NCBI GenBank assembly: GCA_039028615.1
Contig: JBCCHT010000001.1
Coordinates: forward strand, 288,001 to 352,000
From: Myxococcota bacterium
Lineage (GTDB): Bacteria > Myxococcota_A > Polyangia > Nannocystales > Nannocystaceae
Direction: 5' to 3'
DNA: 64,000 bases
The position numbers and the translations under genes are program-made. This document shows, one piece after another, positions 50,595 to 60,642 of this stretch. Position 1 is the stretch's first letter, and each line of letters starts with the position of its first letter. The notes beneath the pieces are model-generated. The model made no database searches. It was not told where the DNA came from and saw only the letters and a program-made list of their open reading frames with translations.

Positions 50595-52613
50595 TCACTC
50601 CGCCAGCAGGTCCTCGATCAACGCGTCCATCTCGGTGACGTTGAACGAGTTCTTCACCGCCCGCACCACGAGGTTCTTGTCGATCACGATGTCGCGGGGA
50701 TACGGGTAGCCCACGCCCTCGGGGAAGGCGAAGTCGTACAGCGTGCCTTCGTCGGCGACCACGGGGAAAGTGATGCCCGTCTGCTCGAGGAACGCGGCCA
50801 CCTGCTCCGGCGGATCGCCGGGGTGGATGCCGAACACGATCACGTCCTCGTCCTGATACTTCTGCCAGATGGAGGTCTCGATGTCTGGTAACTCCAGACC
50901 GCAGATGGGTCAGAAGAGGGCGAAGTAGGCAAGGACGACCACCTTGCCCCGCAGCCCTTGCAGCTGGGGAGAACCAGTGGGGTCGAGGAACGCGAATTCT
51001 TCGGTCAGCGTGTCGCCGACGTCGATGCCGCTGGTGTCACGGGCGACCAGCGGAAGGTTGGTCGGGTTCTGGCTCGCATCGGGATCGTTGTTGTGCAGCC
51101 GCAGCGTACTCGTGCCGCCATCGGGTGGAGGCGGCTCGTAGACGATCTCGAGGGCCCGAGCCGACCGCGGCGGCACCCTCAGCCAGGACTTGTCGGTGGA
51201 AAAGGGCGGCTCCAGCTCGATGTCGAGCACGTCGAGATCGAGATAACCCCGGTTGCGCACCGCGAGCACGCGATCGGAGGGCTCGTCTTCGGAGAAGCCG
51301 AGCAGCTCCTCGTCGACCCACAGGTCGGGCGCGACGTAGCCCGGCCGGTACTCGACGACGTGCATCTTGGTCCACTCCCCCACGTAGAGGAAGCCGTCTT
51401 GGATCTCGACCGCCACGTCCTGCTCGAAGGAGGGAGAGGAGCGCACGCGCTCGGTGGCCAGTAGCTGCAGGGTCTCGCGATCGTGCACCGCCACGTGGCT
51501 CCACGCCGCGATCGCGATGATCTCGTCGTCCATCGACACGGCCTGCGCCGTCCCGCGGGTCTCGATGTGGCCCACGCCCAGCGGCGCGCTCGGGATGGAC
51601 ACGTCGACCACCTCGACGCCGTCGCCCCCGAGGGCCAGCAGCGCGCGGTCACCATCGACGAAGACGTCGCGGACCATGCCCGGGATCTCGAAGTGCCCCA
51701 CGTGCTCGGGCTGCAGCGGATCGGCCAGCGACAGCACTCGGATGCCGCCCACGCCATCGGCCACGTACAGGTGGTCGCCGTGCACCGCCGGCTTGGTGGC
51801 GTTGTCGAAACCGTCGATGACCTTCTCGAGCGCAGGGATGCCCTGGGCATCGGTCGTGTACACGCGCAGGCCACCGCCGTGCGCAGCCACGTACAGGTTG
51901 CCTTCGTGGTAGACCACGCCCTCGAACAGCACCGTCGGGTCCTGCTCCATCTCCATGAGCGAGGAGCCCTCTTCGTTGACCCGGAAGGCGGCGAGGAACG
52001 GGGTATCGACCCAGGTGTCGCCGTGGTGGGTGAAGTAGATGACCTGCGCGTCCCCCTGATCGGGCCCGAACGCGGCGTGCTGGCACCGCGCCGTGGCCGC
52101 TGCGATCACGAAGGGATCGTCATGGTTGGTGATGTTCTCGATGGTGGCGCCGAAGCCTCCGCAGGTGACCGCCAGGTCGCCCTGCACCTCGATGTCGACG
52201 ATCTCGGCGCCGGAGCCTCGCGCCCGGTGCACCAACGAGTCCCCCTCGGCGCAGCAGGTGCCCTCGAGGATCGGCGTCGCGTCGGCGCAGCCCCGGCCCT
52301 GCCCGCAGGGCAGGCACTCGAGCCCGGGACAGGCGTCTCCGCCCGGTGGCCCGGGGGGCGGAGGGCCCTGGCCATCGCCATTGCCCCCCGCGTCCTCGGC
52401 CCCTCCGGTGTCGCCCGCCGAGCCCCCCTCGGTCGCGGCACCGGTGCCCGAGCCCCCGTCCCCCGTTTGCGCCCCTGGGCCCCCACCCAGATCGCTCACG
52501 GAGCGGCAACCGGACGCCCCAAGGACCACGCTCGCCAACACCAGGGGCCACGCGGCAGCCCCGACGAAGCTCGGGGACGACCCCGAGCCCAGCCCATGTT
52601 CGTCGCCAGTCAT
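50595..52613 (-). CDS. Probable selenoprotein: lipoprotein with LVIVD-like repeats, an Ig-like domain and a C-terminal TlpA/redoxin domain (UxxC)
   Basis: In-frame TGA at 50910-50912 in LAYFALF-U-PICGLELP; the frame continues to 50595; SECIS-like hairpin follows. Confidence 0.8.
50883..50899 (-). promoter_or_regulatory. Putative bacterial SECIS element
   Basis: GTCTGG-AGTTA-CCAGAC, 10 nt after the UGA; G in loop position 2. Confidence 0.65.
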
Positions 52614-52837
52614 GCGGACACTCCGACGCTCCGTGCAGGGCGTCGTGTCGCAAACGATCGACGAGCCGCAATGTTACCGAGGTCGGAAAATGCGAAATTC
52701 GCGCCAGACCTGATTTCGGGCGCACGGCGGGCAGCAAAGCCCGCCCGTCCCCGGCCCATCGGTCGTAACATCGGTTTGTGCGGTCCGTTTGGCGAACACC
52801 TCGCCCGGCTTCTTCGGCCGCGCCAAGGCTCACGACC

Positions 52838-53608
52838 ATGCGGCAGCAAATCCTCGGACTGGTGATGGCGAGCGCAGCATTCGGCTGTGCCCCGCCGCCC
52901 GTGATTCCCGGCAGCGACGACAGCGGGGCGCAGGCCTCTGACGACGGTGAGGGCGACTCCACCGAAGCCTCCGCCATGGACGGCGCACAGCTCGATCCCG
53001 CCTCCCTCGATCGCAGCACCGCGGCTGGGCCCTGCGGCTACCCCGGGCCGGGCGACGCGGGCTACGGCACCGACGTGGGCCAGCGCCTCGCCGACAGCGG
53101 CTCCTTCGAGCTCATCGACTGCGAGGGCAACTCCTTTTCCATCGCCGACTTCATGTGCGAGCGCGAGGGCGGGGGCTACAACGCGGGCGTCCTGCTCAAC
53201 CTGGGCGCCGGGTGGTGCGGCCCCTGCCAGGAAGAGACCCTCGAGTTTCCCGAGATCTACGAGGAGTACCACTCGCGCGGCATCGAGATCGTGCAGGTGA
53301 TGTTCCAGGACTGGGACGCGCAGGCCCCCACCCGCAGCTTCTGCACCGACTGGAGCGAGGGCCAGTGGCGCACGGGGGCCGACGGCTCGACCCAAGACGT
53401 CGGCGTGCGACTGCACTTCCCCGTGCTGCTCGATCAGATCAACGACTGGACCTCGATCTACTTGCAAGACCCGCAGTCGGCGACGCCGGTCAACATCCTG
53501 CTCGACGCCAACGGCAACATCCGCTGGAAGCTCGAGGGGCAGCAGCCCGAGCTCGACCTGCTGCGCGCCCAGTTCGACCTCGTGCTCGCCAACCCCTACG
53601 GAACCTGA
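52838..53608 (+). CDS. TlpA-like thioredoxin-fold lipoprotein
   Basis: AFGC lipobox; WCGPC. Confidence 0.85.
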   Translation: MRQQILGLVMASAAFGCAPPPVIPGSDDSGAQASDDGEGDSTEASAMDGAQLDPASLDRSTAAGPCGYPGPGDAGYGTDVGQRLADSGSFELIDCEGNSFSIADFMCEREGGGYNAGVLLNLGAGWCGPCQEETLEFPEIYEEYHSRGIEIVQVMFQDWDAQAPTRSFCTDWSEGQWRTGADGSTQDVGVRLHFPVLLDQINDWTSIYLQDPQSATPVNILLDANGNIRWKLEGQQPELDLLRAQFDLVLANPYGT

Positions 53609-53611
53609 GGC

Positions 53612-54112
53612 ATGCGGCTCACCACCATCGCTCTGCTCGGCGCCCTGACGACCCTGGGCTGCGCCTCCTCGGGGGCGGGCCCCCGCGGTCTCGACATCGC
53701 CCTGCCCGGCCTCGACGGTACGCTGGTCACCCCCACCCCGGCGGCGGGCGACGAAATCTACGTGCTCGCGTTCTGGGCGACCTGGTGTCAGCCCTGTCAG
53801 CAGGAGCTCACCAAGCTCGACGCCTTGTACGCCGAGAAGAAGGGACGCGGCCTCGAGGTCTATGCCATCAACATCGACAGCCCCGACACCACCGCGCAGG
53901 TCGGGCCCTGGGTCGAGCGCGAGGGCTACTCGTTCCCGGTCTTGATCGATCGAGAGACCCAGGTGCTCACCCGCTACAACCCCCGCGGCGACATTCCCTA
54001 CTACGTGGTGCTCGACGCCACGGGGAAGATCCTGCACGACCACCAGGGGTACATGAGCGGGGACATCGACGAGCTGAGCGCGTTCCTCGACGGCGTGCTT
54101 CGGCCCGGCTAG
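53612..54112 (+). CDS. TlpA disulfide reductase-family lipoprotein
   Basis: TLGC lipobox; FWATWCQPC. Confidence 0.9.
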   Translation: MRLTTIALLGALTTLGCASSGAGPRGLDIALPGLDGTLVTPTPAAGDEIYVLAFWATWCQPCQQELTKLDALYAEKKGRGLEVYAINIDSPDTTAQVGPWVEREGYSFPVLIDRETQVLTRYNPRGDIPYYVVLDATGKILHDHQGYMSGDIDELSAFLDGVLRPG

Positions 54113-54134
54113 CCCCCCACGGATCGTAGGTCTG

Positions 54135-56147
54135 GTGCTGCTCGAGGTCGCGACTGCTCTGATCCTCGCCTCGGGCTCGGCCGCGTCCACGGACGGGCCC
54201 ACCGAGATCGCGCCCGATGCGGACGCGGCGGAGACGAGCCCGTCGGAGCCGCCCACGGTCGCAGCCGCCGAGCGCACGGCCGAAGCCACCGAGGAGCCCG
54301 AGGACGCCACCGAGGCGCCTGCGGAGGCCACTGAGGACGAGGTCCCCGCCGAGCCCCCGAAGAGCGCTGCGCCGCCGTCCGAGCCGCCCAAGCGATCATG
54401 GCGCGACCGCACGCGCATTCCCTCGTCGCGGGTCGGCAACGCGATCATCCAGCCGTGGGTCCGCAGCACCACCTTCGTGCAGTGGTACCGGGAAAACTAC
54501 AACACGCAGCAATCGGACGATGGCTTCGTCGCGCTCGTGCAGCGCCTCGGGACCGGCACCGACGTTCGCCTGAAACAGGTCACGCTGGGCACCCAGCTCC
54601 GCCTCGATGGCCAGAAGATCTGGTTCCCCGACTCGCAAGATTGCTCGGGCGACTGCGTGCCCGTCGAGGACGACGTCCGGCTCGAGCGCTTCACCGTGTC
54701 GGCGGACACCCGCTACTTCTCCGTGCAAGGTGGTGACTTCCAGGCCTCGTTCGGCCGCGGCATGGGCCTGAGCGTGCGCAAGGTCGACCTCATCGGCGTC
54801 GACGCGACGATCAAGGGCGGCCGGGTCGATCTTCGTACCAAGCCGGTGCGGGTCACGGGCATCGCGGGCTTCGCCAACCGCCAGAACAGCGACTTCGCCA
54901 CCCGGCAGCTCATCGAAGACCCGGGCTATCCGGGGCAGTCCTATACCTTCTCGCCCGACACCGAGGACCGCGGCTGCAACGTCGACGGTGCCCTCGATCC
55001 CGACTTCGGCAACCCCCTGTGGACCATCTGCTCCGATCTCGTGGCCGGCGGGCGCGTCGAGGGCAGCCTGCCGGGCAAGGTCGAGGTCGGGGCGCATCAC
55101 GTCTATCTCGACTACGGCGACGAGGTCAGGGCGGGGGTGGTCGACGAGCACTCGCACCTCATCGGTGGCGACATCGCCCGGGCTCGCATCGCGGGCGTCT
55201 GGGACATGTTCGTGGGCGCGTCGGGGATCATCCGCAACCCGAACCTGCGCGGCACGCCGCTCGAGCCCCAGAGCTTTCGCGGCTACGGCATCTATGCCTC
55301 CAACGTGTTCGTGGCCGGCACCACCACCATCTTGGTCGAGGCCAAGCACTACCAGGACTACCTGCTCGCGCTGTCGCAGAACTCCCTGCTGCAATACGCG
55401 GAAAACCCCACCCTCGAGCGCGAAGACCAGCAGGTACCCGGCAACCAAAACGCCACTGGGGCTCGGCTCCGCGTGGACCATACCTGGCGCGACCTCGGCC
55501 TGACCGTGTTCGGCAGCTCGCTCGAGTACGCCTACTCCGAAGATGTCGGCACCTCGGCCTTTCGCTCCGACGGACGCCTCGCCACCCACAACTACGCGGG
55601 CGTCATCTGGCGGAAGAAGGGCACCGACTTCGTGCTCCAGGTCTCGGGTGGCTACCGCTACGAGCGGTTCCTCGATCCGCCCGTCGGCAGCCCGCTGCGC
55701 CGCCGCTTCCCGCACGCCGAATTCTACGTGACCATCCCGGTCGCCAAGGCCAACGGGCTCACCCACACGATGTCGGTCCGCGGCGAGGGGCGCTGGGAGA
55801 ACTTCCGTACGGTGGGCAGCGGCGAGGACTTCTTCCGCGGCCTGCTCACGGTGGGCTACAGCATGAGCCCCTGGTTTTCCGTATCGCTTCTGCAGGGCAT
55901 CGACACCGAGCTGCCGACCCCGCCGGGCGAGCCTTCGCTCACCGACGAAGAGTGTGAAGGCGGCGCGGGCTCGACCTGCCGCCCCCACCTGTGGCCCGGG
56001 GTTCAGGCGCAGATCAACCTGTTCGGCGCGAGCTTCCTGCGGCTATTCGCGGGACGACAGGTCGGCGGCCGCGTGTGCGTCAACGGCTCGTGCCGCACCC
56101 TCCCCGACTTCGAGGGCGTGCGCAGCGAGCTGGTGTTCTCGTTCTGA
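54135..56147 (+). CDS. Outer-membrane beta-barrel protein (DUF6029-like)
   Basis: Amphipathic strands, C-terminal Phe, GGRVCVNGSCR tail. Confidence 0.7.
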   Translation: MLLEVATALILASGSAASTDGPTEIAPDADAAETSPSEPPTVAAAERTAEATEEPEDATEAPAEATEDEVPAEPPKSAAPPSEPPKRSWRDRTRIPSSRVGNAIIQPWVRSTTFVQWYRENYNTQQSDDGFVALVQRLGTGTDVRLKQVTLGTQLRLDGQKIWFPDSQDCSGDCVPVEDDVRLERFTVSADTRYFSVQGGDFQASFGRGMGLSVRKVDLIGVDATIKGGRVDLRTKPVRVTGIAGFANRQNSDFATRQLIEDPGYPGQSYTFSPDTEDRGCNVDGALDPDFGNPLWTICSDLVAGGRVEGSLPGKVEVGAHHVYLDYGDEVRAGVVDEHSHLIGGDIARARIAGVWDMFVGASGIIRNPNLRGTPLEPQSFRGYGIYASNVFVAGTTTILVEAKHYQDYLLALSQNSLLQYAENPTLEREDQQVPGNQNATGARLRVDHTWRDLGLTVFGSSLEYAYSEDVGTSAFRSDGRLATHNYAGVIWRKKGTDFVLQVSGGYRYERFLDPPVGSPLRRRFPHAEFYVTIPVAKANGLTHTMSVRGEGRWENFRTVGSGEDFFRGLLTVGYSMSPWFSVSLLQGIDTELPTPPGEPSLTDEECEGGAGSTCRPHLWPGVQAQINLFGASFLRLFAGRQVGGRVCVNGSCRTLPDFEGVRSELVFSF

Positions 56148-56235
56148 GCATCACGCCGCCGTCACTGCGCGTCCTCGCTCCCCCACGGGGCCTTTGCTTG
56201 CGACGGGTGCTCCGGGCTGTCATCGTCATCGACGC

Positions 56236-56844
56236 GTGAGCGGGATTCTCGAGACCTGGCGTGCCTCGCTCGCGTGGCTGCTGCGCGAATACGAGACCCG
56301 GCGCGGTCGCTTCGCGACCTTCATCCCTCGCCTGTTCCTGTTCTTCGTGCTCCTCAACGCCTCGTGCTACTGGCTGGGCATCCTGGGGGCCTACCCGGAG
56401 AAGCTCGCGGGCGACGACGCCATGCACTACGTGTGGCTGCAGATCCCGGTGGGCGTGCTCGGGGCGGTCTTCGACACCGCGTCGTTCTTCGTCACCGTGG
56501 TGATCGTACGCCGGGCCCTGCGCAGTCGCGGCATCGTCGAGTACGTGGGACATCTATCGCTCGATGCGGTCATCGCCGTGCTCGCCACGCTGTGGGTCCT
56601 GCTCGTGTTCTCGGTGTCGGGGTGGATCCTCAGCGTCCTCGAGGCGCAGCCGGAGCTGCTCAGCGCGCGCAATGCCGAGTACGAGTCGCGGCTGGCCGAG
56701 GCGATCCGAAACCCGCGCGGAGAGTGGCGCAACATCTACTTCGGCGTCGTGATGGGCGTCTCGGCGTCGCTGCCCACCCTGGTCCACCTGGGGCTGTTCG
56801 CCCGGGCCGTGGTCCGTCGCCTGCTGGCGCCCGCTCGGGCCTGA
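56236..56844 (+). CDS. Integral membrane protein
   Basis: Four hydrophobic segments. Confidence 0.7.
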   Translation: MSGILETWRASLAWLLREYETRRGRFATFIPRLFLFFVLLNASCYWLGILGAYPEKLAGDDAMHYVWLQIPVGVLGAVFDTASFFVTVVIVRRALRSRGIVEYVGHLSLDAVIAVLATLWVLLVFSVSGWILSVLEAQPELLSARNAEYESRLAEAIRNPRGEWRNIYFGVVMGVSASLPTLVHLGLFARAVVRRLLAPARA

Positions 56845-56943
56845 GCCCGTTCCCGGCCCGAAACGACGCCTCGGCGGAAAATCGAAGTTCTTTTCGATTT
56901 CCTAGATCGAAGGGCGACGCAGGCCGTTGAGTACCCGGCCGCC

Positions 56944-57510
56944 ATGTCACTGCACCGCACCGCCCCCACCCATCGCCGCATCCACCACGTCCTGGGCCTC
57001 GGGGTCAGCGGGGCCGCCCTCGCCGGGCTCATCTACGTCGAGAGCGTCTCCGCTTCGACCGATGCTCCCCTGCCCGAGCCCGAAATCGAGGTCACCGAGT
57101 CCACCACCACCACGCAGCCCGCGTCGAGGGCCGTCCCGACCGTGGCGGCCCTCGACGTCGGGACGGCTGCCGCCCCCGTCGCAGTCGCGGTCGCCCCCGT
57201 GCCTGCCACGGCCACGGCCACGGCTCCGATGGCCGTGGCGACCACCGCCGCTGCCAACACCCAAGTCGCGGCCATGGTGACCATGCCGGACGTCGTGGGC
57301 ATGAAGGTCAACGAGGCCCGTCGCGAGCTCAAGAAGCTCGGCCTGGTGATGACCGTCCGCGACTCCTACAACGACAAGATTCCCATCGAGTATCAGCGCG
57401 ACTACAAGGTCCGCCGTCAGGCCGTCGACGCGGGCACGGCCCTGTCCGAGGGAACCTGGGTGCGCGTGGGCGCTCGACAGCGACGCATGCGGCTCCCCAT
57501 GGGGTACTGA
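56944..57510 (+). CDS. PASTA-domain protein
   Basis: TM segment, Ala/Thr linker, MPDVVGM...A...L..LGL. Confidence 0.75.
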   Translation: MSLHRTAPTHRRIHHVLGLGVSGAALAGLIYVESVSASTDAPLPEPEIEVTESTTTTQPASRAVPTVAALDVGTAAAPVAVAVAPVPATATATAPMAVATTAAANTQVAAMVTMPDVVGMKVNEARRELKKLGLVMTVRDSYNDKIPIEYQRDYKVRRQAVDAGTALSEGTWVRVGARQRRMRLPMGY

Positions 57511-57511
57511 G

Positions 57512-58297
57512 ATGGTCGACTCGCTGGTCCGACTCGGGCTCTTCCTCGCCCTCACCGGGCTGGCCTTCGCCCCCCTCGAGCGCCTCTACGGCCGCCACCG
57601 TTCACCTCGGGCCGACCGCGCGACCGACCTGTGGTTCGCCACCGCCGGTCGCATGCTCGTGCAGCTCGGTCTCATCGTCATCGTGGGCACGGCATTGTTC
57701 GCGCTCGACGAGGTCGCGCTCGACACTCCGCTTTGGGCGTTTATCGACCACCGCGGCCTTCGCATGGCCATCGAGATCGGCACAGGCCTGGTGCTCTTCG
57801 AGCTGGCCGGCTACGCCTATCACCGCGCCGCCCATGCCGTGCCTGCGCTGTGGCGCCTGCACGAGGTCCACCACAGCTCCGAGCGCATGGACTGGCTGGC
57901 CTCGTTTCGTCAGCACCCGCTCGAGATCGTGCTGGTGACCCTCGTCCAGAACGCGCCGCTGGTATTGCTGGGCCTGCCGCTCGGCTCCCACGCCATCGTG
58001 TTGCTGCTGCTCGAGCTCAACACCGTGTTCGTGCACGCCGACCTGCGGCTGTCCCGAGGCTCGTGGATGCGATGGATCGCCTCGCCGCACTTTCACCATC
58101 GCCACCACCAACGCGACGGTGCTCCCGTCAACTTCGCCGCGATGTTCCCCTGGATCGATCGGCTCTTCGGGACCTACGTGCCCGACGAGACGGGCCCGAT
58201 CGGCCTGCCCACGCCCTGCCCCCACGGCTTCGTGGCGCTGTTGGTACGCCCCTTCAGCCTCCGGACTTCGCGTTCTTCTTGGCCTTCATCCGGCTGA
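57512..58297 (+). CDS. Sterol desaturase/fatty acid hydroxylase family
   Basis: YHRAAH, HEVHH, HHRHH histidine boxes. Confidence 0.88.
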   Translation: MVDSLVRLGLFLALTGLAFAPLERLYGRHRSPRADRATDLWFATAGRMLVQLGLIVIVGTALFALDEVALDTPLWAFIDHRGLRMAIEIGTGLVLFELAGYAYHRAAHAVPALWRLHEVHHSSERMDWLASFRQHPLEIVLVTLVQNAPLVLLGLPLGSHAIVLLLLELNTVFVHADLRLSRGSWMRWIASPHFHHRHHQRDGAPVNFAAMFPWIDRLFGTYVPDETGPIGLPTPCPHGFVALLVRPFSLRTSRSSWPSSG

Positions 58298-59183
58298 GCC
58301 GCAGCGCCATCTCGTAGTGTCGACGAGCGTCTTCGTCGCTCACCTCGCCGCCGCGGACCTCCACCGGCTCGTAGCCCAGACGCTCCAGGGTGGGATTGCA
58401 GTGCGCGGCCAGCATGCCGATGGCGGGCTCGGGCAAGCTCTTCCAGCGACCCACGCTCGAGTCGTCGATCGCCGCGCGCCCGTAGGTCTTCCAGTCGCCA
58501 AACCCGACCCGACCCGCGCCGTCCAGCGCTCGCTCGACCAGGCCGTCCTCCCAGGGCTCGCCCACGTGCTCGAGCACGCGACGCACCACCGCCTCGGGGT
58601 CGGCCACCAGGTCTTCGTAGCGCAGGTCGATCGCCATGGGATCCTCGGCCACCAGCGTGGCCACGCGCTCCGCCGTGTCGACCCAGGCCCGCCCCATCGC
58701 CTCGAGCGGCTGCGGGAAGCGCCTCAGGTAGTCGTGCAGCTCTTCGACATAGCCGCCGGTCTTGTCGACCAGGTCGCGCAGGCTGCAGGCCACGTCGAGG
58801 CCGTGCCGCTGGATGCACACGAAGTACACGTGCCCGCGGCAGAGCCGAGCGATGGCGTCGAGGTGAAAGGCATCGAAGGCCGTCTTCTCGGCCCATCGCG
58901 GCTTGCCTTGCGCCTGGGCGTGCTCATCGAGGAACCCGAACACCATCGCCCGCAGGCGGCCGAGCACGTCGTCTTCGGAGAAGCCCGCGAAGCTCAGTCC
59001 GCTCAGCACCCCGATGCGCAGGCCCTGGGCGAAGCGCTCCTCGTGGAGGAAGCGAGCCGCCGCGCTGAGCAGGTAGGTCTCGGGCGGGCAGCTCACCGCC
59101 GGGTGGGCGTCGAGGATCCGGCGCAGCAACGTCGTGCCGGACCGAGGTGTACCGACGATGACGATGCCCTTGCGCTCGGTCAT
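58254..59183 (-). CDS. Sulfotransferase
   Basis: PRSGTTLL, EKT, R...DVACS, RYEDLV. Confidence 0.9.
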   Translation of the reverse strand: MTERKGIVIVGTPRSGTTLLRRILDAHPAVSCPPETYLLSAAARFLHEERFAQGLRIGVLSGLSFAGFSEDDVLGRLRAMVFGFLDEHAQAQGKPRWAEKTAFDAFHLDAIARLCRGHVYFVCIQRHGLDVACSLRDLVDKTGGYVEELHDYLRRFPQPLEAMGRAWVDTAERVATLVAEDPMAIDLRYEDLVADPEAVVRRVLEHVGEPWEDGLVERALDGAGRVGFGDWKTYGRAAIDDSSVGRWKSLPEPAIGMLAAHCNPTLERLGYEPVEVRGGEVSDEDARRHYEMALRLSRMKAKKNAKSGG

Positions 59184-59425
59184 CCCTGCGCCTGAGCGGC
59201 TCCGAAGGCCAGGATCCGATTGACCGAGTCGAGGTTGTCGATGTCGATGTCCTCGGGCCCCAGGCGGCTGCCGGTGTGCTGCTCGAGGAAGCCGAGCAGC
59301 TCGACCATCGCAAACGAGTCGATGAGACCGGTGGAGAACAGCTCGTCGTCGTCTCCGACGTTGTCGAAGTTGGCCCGCGTCTTGGTCGCGAGGAACTCGC
59401 GGAGTACTTCTCGGGTCAGCGTCAT
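59180..59425 (-). CDS. Acyl carrier protein
   Basis: GLIDSF phosphopantetheine site; ATGA coupling to the sulfotransferase. Confidence 0.85.
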   Translation of the reverse strand: MTLTREVLREFLATKTRANFDNVGDDDELFSTGLIDSFAMVELLGFLEQHTGSRLGPEDIDIDNLDSVNRILAFGAAQAQG

Positions 59426-59516
59426 GGCGGCCGGAGCCTACCAGCACGCTCGCGAAGTCGAGCAACCGCCTGATTTCACTGCACTAAAAGCGGCAGCGGG
59501 CCGAGCCCTGCCGCGC

Positions 59517-60539
59517 TCACTCGGACTCGACCGCCGCGATCACGTCGGCCACATAGCGAGGGTCGGTGCCCGCCGCAAAGTAGAGCACGCCGTCGAAACC
59601 CGACCGCCGCGAAGGACACGGGCGCTGAGGTCGACACCCCGGGTGCGGGTCACCACCGCTCGGAGGGTCGGGACGCTCGGGGCCCTCCGCACACGGCGGC
59701 GGCTCGGGAGGTGGGCACGGCTCGTCTGGATGCTCGGGTCGCTCCGGTCGGCACGGAGGGGGGCTCGGGCAGCACTCTGACTCGTCGTCCGACGATGAGC
59801 CCTCGGGGATCGGGTACCGGCCCGCGATGATTTCGCCGTCCGCCGCGTGAATGTCCAAGCCGCCGATGATGGGGCGACCGTCGCGGGTGATGCGACCGGG
59901 CACCTGATGACTCATGAGCGAGAGGTGACTCCGCCCCGAGCTGCCCAGCAGCGACCCCCGCTCCAGCGGCGTCAGCACCTGCTCGATCACCGTCTCCTGC
60001 GACCAACCATAGAGCCGACCGAAGTACTCGATCGCGCGCTGCCGATCGATGCACGCCACCTGAGCCTGGGGCAGGCGCTCGTGCTCCAAGCCCAGGCAGT
60101 GGCCGGTCATGTGGCGAACCACGCGAATGAGCTCGTAGTCGCTGGTGTGCTCGGTGAAGCCGCTCAGGTTCATCGTGGCTTCGCTCGTCGATGTGAACAG
60201 AATTTCGGTACCGATATAGGACCAGTGGCCCTCTCGACCCGATCGCGTAATGCGAATGTCACCGATGCCGCGGGTCTCGCAAAACCGCACATGGCCCCAG
60301 TCCGACCACGCGTTCATGTGCTCGAGGATTCGGTGCCGCAGCAGGCGACTCGGGTTGTCGAGAAACTCGACGCAAAAGCACATGCCCTCGAGCGGCCAAC
60401 AATGGGGCAGGCTCGGGTGCGCCCCAGGACATTGACCGTCTTTCGGCCTTTCATGCCCTTTCGAACGACCGCCCGGTCGCGCGTCGGCGGGCAAGCGCTT
60501 GGGCACGCAGGGTATGAACTCTCGCGATCGGCTACTCAT
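59517..60539 (-). CDS. M12/metzincin-like protein lacking the catalytic Glu
   Basis: WSYIGT, TMNL, HMTGHCLGLEHE, SLMSH Met-turn. Confidence 0.7.
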   Translation of the reverse strand: MSSRSREFIPCVPKRLPADARPGGRSKGHERPKDGQCPGAHPSLPHCWPLEGMCFCVEFLDNPSRLLRHRILEHMNAWSDWGHVRFCETRGIGDIRITRSGREGHWSYIGTEILFTSTSEATMNLSGFTEHTSDYELIRVVRHMTGHCLGLEHERLPQAQVACIDRQRAIEYFGRLYGWSQETVIEQVLTPLERGSLLGSSGRSHLSLMSHQVPGRITRDGRPIIGGLDIHAADGEIIAGRYPIPEGSSSDDESECCPSPPPCRPERPEHPDEPCPPPEPPPCAEGPERPDPPSGGDPHPGCRPQRPCPSRRSGFDGVLYFAAGTDPRYVADVIAAVESE

Positions 60540-60642
60540 CGCCCAGCGTCCACCAGGCTAGAACCGAGACCGCCGACGCACCACTCCCCTTGCGGGGGGG
60601 CCACCACTCCGGGCCTCGACCGTCACTGGTACCGTAGCCAAC

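Noticed and set aside
50595..50843. Independent 82-aa gene
   Set aside because: It is only half a redoxin fold and is in frame with the upstream ORF through the UGA
53606..53614. Second Sec read-through (TGA GGC ATG joins two TlpA ORFs in frame)
   Set aside because: The UGA is not at a Cys-equivalent position and the downstream ORF has its own lipoprotein signal peptide
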